A stretch of 64,000 nucleotides of DNA, taken from contig CAWJGT010000003.1 in NCBI GenBank assembly GCA_963842525.1, forward strand, positions 544,001 through 608,000. Reading direction: 5' to 3'. Below, piece by piece: positions 58,201 through 64,000 of the stretch. This stretch comes from an uncultured Holophagales bacterium. GTDB lineage: Bacteria > Acidobacteriota > Thermoanaerobaculia > Multivoradales > UBA5704. Made by a program: the position numbers and the translations under genes. The notes beneath the pieces were generated by a model that saw nothing but the letters and a program-made list of their open reading frames with translations, searched no databases and was not told where the DNA came from. Positions within the stretch are counted from its first letter, which is position 1, and every line of letters begins with the position of its first letter.

Positions 58201-61200
58201 CTTCGTCCAGGAAGGGACCCAGGACGGAGGGGACGAGCTGGAGCACGGTCACGCTTCGCTCCCGCACCTCCCGCGCCATGGCGGCCGGGTCCTTATGCGC
58301 GCCGGGCGGCGCCAGCACCAGCCGCGCCCCGGAGAGCAGAGGCAGGAAGATCTCCCAGATCGCCGCGTCGAAGACGAACGGCGTCTTCTGGAGCACGGAG
58401 TCGGCTTCTCCGAGGGAGACGAGGCGCTGCATCCAGAGCAGGCGGTTGGCGATGGCGCCGTGCGAGACGAGAACGCCTTTGGGACGGCCGGTGGAGCCCG
58501 AGCTGTAGATCACGTAGGCGAGGCTCGCCGCGGGGTCGTGCACGGGCCGCGCGGGGTCGAGCGGCAGCGGCGCGGGGTCGTGCGCGGGCCGCACGGGGTC
58601 GAGCGCCTCCCGCGCGTGCTCCCCCAGCACCAGCTTCACCCCCGCATCCGCCAGCATGTAGCCGATCCGCTCCGCCGGATAATCGGGGTCCACCGGTAGC
58701 CAGGCCGCGCCGGCCTTCCAGACCGCGAGCAGGCTCACCACCATCTCCGGCGAGCGTTCGCAGCAGACCGCCACCCGGTCCTCGGGCAGGACGCCCCGGT
58801 CCACCAGGAGGCCGGCCAGCCGGCTCGCCCGCGCTTCGAGCTCACCGAAGGTGAGGGCGTGGCCCCCCTGTTCCACGGCGACGCGCTCCGGCGTCCGCGC
58901 GGCCTGCGCTGCCACGAGCCCCGCCAGATGATGGAGAGGCGCCGCGCCCAGATCCACCGCGGTGTCGTTCCACTCCACCAGGGCCTGCTGGCGCTCCGTC
59001 TCGCCCAGCAGCGGCAGCTCCGCGATCCTCCGCTCCGGGTCCGCCGCGGCGGCGGCGAGCAGCCGCTCGAAGCACAGGATCAGGCGCTCGATGGTCGTGC
59101 CGTCGAACAGGTCTGTGGCGTAGCTCGACGCTCCCGAGCGATCTCGCCGTTGCGCTCCTCCAGGCTGAGCGTGAGATCGAATTTCGCCATGGTCCCGGCC
59201 CCGCCGGCCGGCCGCAGGCGCAGGCCCGGGATCTCCAGGCTCTCCACGGGAGCGTTCTGGAACGCCAGCATCACCTGGAACAGCGGCGCATGGGCGAGGC
59301 TCCGCTCCGGCGACAGCTTCTGGACCAGCTTCTCGAACGGCACGTCCTGGTGCGCATGGGCGGCCAGCGCGGTGTCGCGGACCCGGCCGAGCAGCTCCCG
59401 GAAGGTGGGCTCACCGCTCAGATCTCCCCGCAGCACCAGCGTGTTGACGAAGAACCCGATCAGCCCCTCGATCTCCACCCGGTTGCGCCCGGCGACCGGG
59501 CTGCCCACCGCCAGGTCCTCCTGCCCGCTGGACCGCGCCAGGAGAGCCTGGAAGCCGGCGAGCGAGCACCATGAAGAGCGTCGCGCCCTCGTGCCGGCCC
59601 AGGTCCTGAAGCTGCCGGGTGAGGCCGGCCGGCAGCCGCACGGGTCTGACTGCGCCGCGGAAGCTCTGGACCGCGGGCCGCGGGCGGTCCGTGGGCAGCT
59701 CCAGGAGAGGCGGCAGGCCCGCGAGCTGCCGGCGCCACCAGGCGATCTCGCTCTCCAGGACCTCGCCCTGGAGCCAGGAGCGTTGCCAGGCGGCGAAGTC
59801 TGCATACTGCACCGGCAGAGCAGGGAGGGGGGACTCCCTATAGAGCGCCGTCATCTCGCGGACCAGGATGCCCATGGACCAGCCGTCGCCGACGATGTGA
59901 TGCAGGGTCAGCGCGGCGACATGGCTTCCTCTCCGCCAGCCGCAGCAGCACGCCGCGGAGCAGCGGACCCCGGGCGAGGTCGAAGGGACGGAGGGCCTCT
60001 TCGACGGTCAGGGCGAGGGCCGTCGCTTCGCGCCGGCTCTCCGGCAGCGCCGACAGGTCCACCAGGGGAAGAGAAAACCCTGTCGCGGTTTGGATCACCT
60101 GCACGGGCGAGCCGTCCGGCGCGGCGAAGACCGTGCGCAGCACCTCGTGCCGGCGCACGATCTCGCCGAGGCAGAGCGCCAGCACCCGGGAATCGAGCGG
60201 CCCTTCGCCGCGCAGCGCCACCGGGATGTTGTAGAGCGGGCTTCCCGGCTCGAGCTGGTCGATGAGCCAGAGGCGCTGCTGCGCGAAGGATAGCGGCAGG
60301 GGACCGTCGCGCCGCGTCGGATGCGATGCGTTCCGCGCCGGTCCGCCGCGCCGTCTCGATCCGGCCGGCGAGGTCCGCCAGCACCGGCGCCTCGAAGAGC
60401 TCGCGCAGCGGCATCTCGACGCCGAAAGCTTCCCGCAGGCGCGACAGCACCTGCGTCGCGAGCAGACGAATGGCCGCCCAGGTCGAAGAAGTGATCGGTT
60501 GCCCCAATCCGTTCGATGCCGAGCAGATCGGCCCAGATCCCCGCGACGGTCTCCTCGGCCGGCGTGCGCGGCGCGAGGTAGCTTTCTCCGGCGCGCTGGG
60601 GCTCGGGGGCGGGCAGGGCTTTGCGGTCCACCTTGCCGTTCGGGGTCAGGGGAAGGACGGCAAGGACCACAAGGACGGCAGGGACCATGTAGTCCGGGAG
60701 CTCTTCGCGCAGGGCCTGGCGCAGCTCTTCGGCCGAGACTTCGCCGGCAACGTAGGCAACCAGCCGGCTTTCCCGAACCACCACCGCGGCTTGGCGCACA
60801 CCGGGCAAGGCGGCGAGCGCCGCTTCGATCTCGCCCAGCTCGATGCGGAAGCCGCGGATCTTCACCTGGTGGTCGCGCCGCCCCAGGAACTCCAGGTTGC
60901 CATCCGGCCGGTAGCGCGCCCGGTCGCCGGTGCGGTAGAGGCGGCCCGCCTGCCAGGGATCAGGAATGAATTTCTCCGCCGTCAGATCCGGCTCGCGGGC
61001 GTAGCCGTCGGCCAGGCAGCCACCCCCAATGTAGAGATCGCCCGGGACTCCCACCGGACAGGGGGCGAGCCGGTCGTCGAGCACGTGGTAGCGGGCGTTC
61101 GCGATGGGCCGGCCGTACGGGATGCTCGGCCAAGCCGGATCGACCGCGCTCGATGGGGAAGACGTTGGACCAGACCGTGGCCTCGGTGGCGCCGCCCAGC

Positions 61201-64000
61201 GAAATCACCCGGGCGCCAGGGAAGCGCTCGCGGATGCGGCCGGGGAGGGTGACCGGGATCCAGTCGCCGCTCAGGAAGACGAGGCGCAGGGCCGGTCTTG
61301 CGCGGACCCCGGCCAGGAAAGGCACGGTCTGCTCCAGGGCCGCCGGGGCGGAGTCCCAGAAGGTGATGGGCTCCTCGGCGAGCGCTAGCAGCAGGCGCTC
61401 GGGATCGCGGATCTCCTCCTCGGTGGCGATGCGGATCGAGCCGCCGGCCCCCAGCAGGCCGAAGACGTCGAAGACCGACAGGTCGAAGGAGAGGGAGGTG
61501 ACGAAGAGCACCCGGTCCTCTGGGGAGAAGGCGAACGTGCGATGCGCCCAGCGGAGCAGGTTGACCACCGGGCGGTGGCGGACCATGACCCCCTTGGGCG
61601 TGCCCGTCGATCCTGAGGTGAAGATGATGTAGGCGAGGTCGTCCGGGGTCGACTGGCGCGGCAGGTGCTGACGGCTCGTATGTCGTCCAGATCCAAGCAA
61701 TCCAGGCGAGACCACGTGGCGCACCCTGCCGGGCTGCTCCGAGTCGGTCACCAGGCAGGAGATCTCCAGCCTGTCGAGAATCCATTGCCGGCGCGCGGGC
61801 GGATGGTTGATCTCCAGCGGCACGTAGGCGGCGCCCGCCTTGAGCACGGCGAGCAGGGCCGGGATCATGTGGAGCGACCGGCGCAGGTGGAGGCCCACCA
61901 GCGAGCCCGGGCCGACGCCGAGGCTCATCAGGTGGCGCGCCAAGCGGTTGGCCCGCGTTTCCAACTCGCCGTAGGTCATCGACTCGCCGCCGCAGACGGC
62001 GGCGACCGCTCCCGGGAGTGCGCCGGGCCCAGCTCCTCGAACAGCTCATGGATCAGGGTCTCTTCCGAGCGACCCGCGTCCGTGTCGTTCCACTCCATCA
62101 ACACCTGGTGGCGCTCGGATTCGGGCAGCAGCGGCAGGTCCGCGACTCCGATCTCCGGCGCTTCGAGGGCCGCGGTGAGCAGCCTCTGGTACTGAACGAT
62201 CAGGCGCTCGATCGTCGCGGCGTCGAACAGGTCGGCGGCGTGCTCGGCCGTGCCGCTGAGCCCGCCGTTGTGCTCGGCGAGATTGATCGTGAGATCGAAC
62301 TTCGCGGTGGTCCCGGCCGTGCTCAACCGTTGCAGGCGCAGGCTCTCGACCGCCAGGCTCTCGGCGGGGGCGTTCTGCAGCGCCAGCACCACCTGGAACA
62401 GGGGGGTCTGCGCCAGGCTCCTCTCCGGCGACAGCTCCTGGATGAGCTTCTCGAACGGCACGTCCTGATGGGCGTAGGCGGCCAGCGTGGTCTCGCGGAC
62501 CCGGCCGAGCAGCTCGCGGAAGGTGGGCTCGTTGTTCAGGTCGCCGCGCAGCACCAGCGCATTGACGAAGAACCCGATCAGCCCCTCGATCTCCGTGCGG
62601 TCGCGGCCGGCCACCGGCGTGCCCACCGCGAAGTCCTCCTGGCCGCTCCACCGCCCCAGCAGGGCCTGGAAGCCGGCGAGGAGCACCATGAAGAGCGTCG
62701 CACCCTCGCGCCGGCCCAGGGCCTCCAGCCTTCGGGTGAGCCCGGCGGACAGCCGCACGGGCCGCGTGGCGCCGCGGAAGCTCTGCACCGCGGGCCGCGG
62801 CCGGTCGGTGGGGAGCTCGAGGAGCGGCGGCAGGCCGGCGAGCTGCCGGCGCCACCAGGCGATCTCGCTCTCCAGGACCTCGCCCCGCAGCCAGGAGCTT
62901 TGCCAGACGGCGAAATCCACGTACTGCACCGGCAGCTCAGGCAACGGGGAGGGCCAGCCCGCGGCGAAGGCCGCGTAGAGGGCCGCGACCTCGCGGACCA
63001 GGATGCCCGATCGACCAGCCGTCGCCGGCGATGTGATGCAGGGTCAGGGCAGCGACATGGTCCTCCTCCGCCAGCCGCAGGAGCGTGCCACGCAGCAGCA
63101 GGCCGCGCGCGAGGTCGAACGGACGGGCGGCCTCTTCGCTGGCCAGGCCGTGGGCCAGCGCCTCCCGGCAGGCCTCCGGCAGCCCGGAAAGATCGACCAC
63201 GGGTAGCCAGAACGGGGCCGCCGGCTGGACGACCTGCACGGGCGAGCCCTCCGGCGCGGCGAGGACCGTGCGCAATGTCTCATGGCGCCGGACGATCTCC
63301 CCGAGGCAGAGCGTGAGCACCGCGGAATCCAGCGGGCCTTCGACTCGCAGCGCGACCGGGATGTTGTAGAGCGGGCTGCCCGGTTCGAGCTGATCGATGA
63401 ACCAGAGACGCTGCTGGGCGAACGACAAGGGCAGCGGCCCTTGTCGCGGCACCGGAGCCAGAGGCGGAGCGCTCCAGATCGCGCCGTCCCGCCGGGCCTC
63501 TTCGACCCGGGCGGCGAGGTCGGCGAGCGTCGGAGCCTCGAAGAGGGCCCGCAGCGGCAGCTCGATGCCAAAGGCCGCTCGCAGGCGCGACATCACCTGC
63601 GTCCCCAGCAGCGAGTGGCCGCCCAGCGCGAAGAAGTCGTCGGCCGCCCCGACCCGTTCGAGGCCGAGCAACTGGGCCCAGATGCCGGCGAGGACCTCCT
63701 CGACCGGCGTCCGCGGCGCCAGAAAGGCCTCCTCGGCGCGCCGCTGCTCCGGGGCGGGCAGGGCCTTGCGGTCGATCTTGCGGTTGGGGGTGAGAGGGAG
63801 GACATCAAGGACAACAAGGACGGCAGGGACCATGTGGTCCGGCAGCCGCTGGCGCAGGAAGGCACGCAGCTCCCGCTCTATGAAGGTGGCCCTGGCGGCA
63901 GGCACCACGTAGGCGGCCAGGTATCTCTCCTCCCCCCGGTCCTGGCGCGCGACGACGACCGCTTCGCGGACGCCCGGGAAGCGGCCGAGCACAGCTTCGA
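46246..64000 (-). CDS. Large NRPS, 5'-partial: A(C-term)-T, five C-A-T modules and a terminal C domain; many apparent indel frameshifts between ~53.4 and 63.0 kb
   Basis: ORF pieces 62937..63992, 61976..62944, 60960..61979, 60095..61084, 59838..60221, 59411..59875, 59080..59805, 57527..58978, 56020..57603, 55872..56645, 54241..55875, 53316..54416, 52379..54685 and 46246..53523 tile one collinear domain series. Stop TGA at 46246-46248. Confidence 0.85.
46370..47675 (-). other. C-terminal condensation domain (donor half of module 7)
   Basis: [32 protein letters not shown]; followed only by a charged tail ending [16 protein letters not shown]. Confidence 0.88.
47750..50855 (-). other. Module 6 C-A(Gly)-T
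   Basis: HHIASDGWS; code DILQLGLVWK from [30 protein letters not shown]. Confidence 0.88.
50925..54020 (-). other. Module 5 C-A(Pro-clade, atypical code DVYITTHVAK)-T
   Basis: [34 protein letters not shown]. The NHYGPSETH segment is typical of Pro-activating domains. Confidence 0.75.
54080..57155 (-). other. Module 4 C-A(Cys-type, DLFDFSLVWK)-T
   Basis: HHIVSDGWS; A domain closely similar to those of modules 2 and 8. Confidence 0.8.
57225..60300 (-). other. Module 3 C-A(Gln)-T
   Basis: Code DAWQFGLIDK from [31 protein letters not shown]; matches the established Gln code. Confidence 0.82.
58529..58605. repeat. 4 x 21-bp coding tandem repeat (42-bp higher-order duplication)
   Basis: CRCGGGGTCG at 58529, 58550, 58571 and 58592; encodes [28 protein letters not shown]. 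Confidence 0.75.
60355..63440 (-). other. Module 2 C-A(Cys-type, DLFDFSLVWK)-T
   Basis: HHIAGDGWS; [31 protein letters not shown]; T FFDLGGHS. Confidence 0.78.
63495..64000 (-). other. Module 1 remnant: A C-terminal subdomain and T
   Basis: [15 protein letters not shown]; [10 protein letters not shown]. The specificity region lies outside the window. Confidence 0.85.

Noticed and set aside
46246-64000. Pseudogene call for the fragmented upstream NRPS
   Set aside because: The breaks are small indels with intact catalytic motifs and a positional gradient, which fits sequencing error better. Not fully excluded.

Overview
High-GC window filled almost entirely by two convergent hybrid NRPS/PKS assembly lines. 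An ADOP-type permease suggests Acidobacteriota, but that is inference. The + strand (<1-11297) carries a 5'-truncated A-T-KS-AT-(KR remnant)-ACP-C-A-T-TE protein that runs in frame into a lower-GC DUF6625-like domain, followed by a translationally coupled ADOP permease. The - strand (>64000-11683) carries two giant genes with 15 NRPS modules (first one partial) and a terminal KS-AT-ACP-R. Hand-read specificity codes give X-Cys-Gln-Cys-Pro(like)-Gly-Asn-Cys-Ser(probably Dha)-Cys-X-D-Thr-Thr-Thr-Lys-ketide, with reductive release. Notable points: four Cys-type modules with no heterocyclization domain; a modAA-type C domain after Ser; an interface (I) domain with no adjacent hydroxylase; and, between the two operons, about 16-17 short palindromes at a 21-bp period. 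Several 9-bp-repeat and hairpin insertions lie in frame inside the synthetases. The single-base frameshifts are probably long-read errors. Domain boundaries are approximate, and all family and substrate calls come from motif recognition by eye, not database searches.
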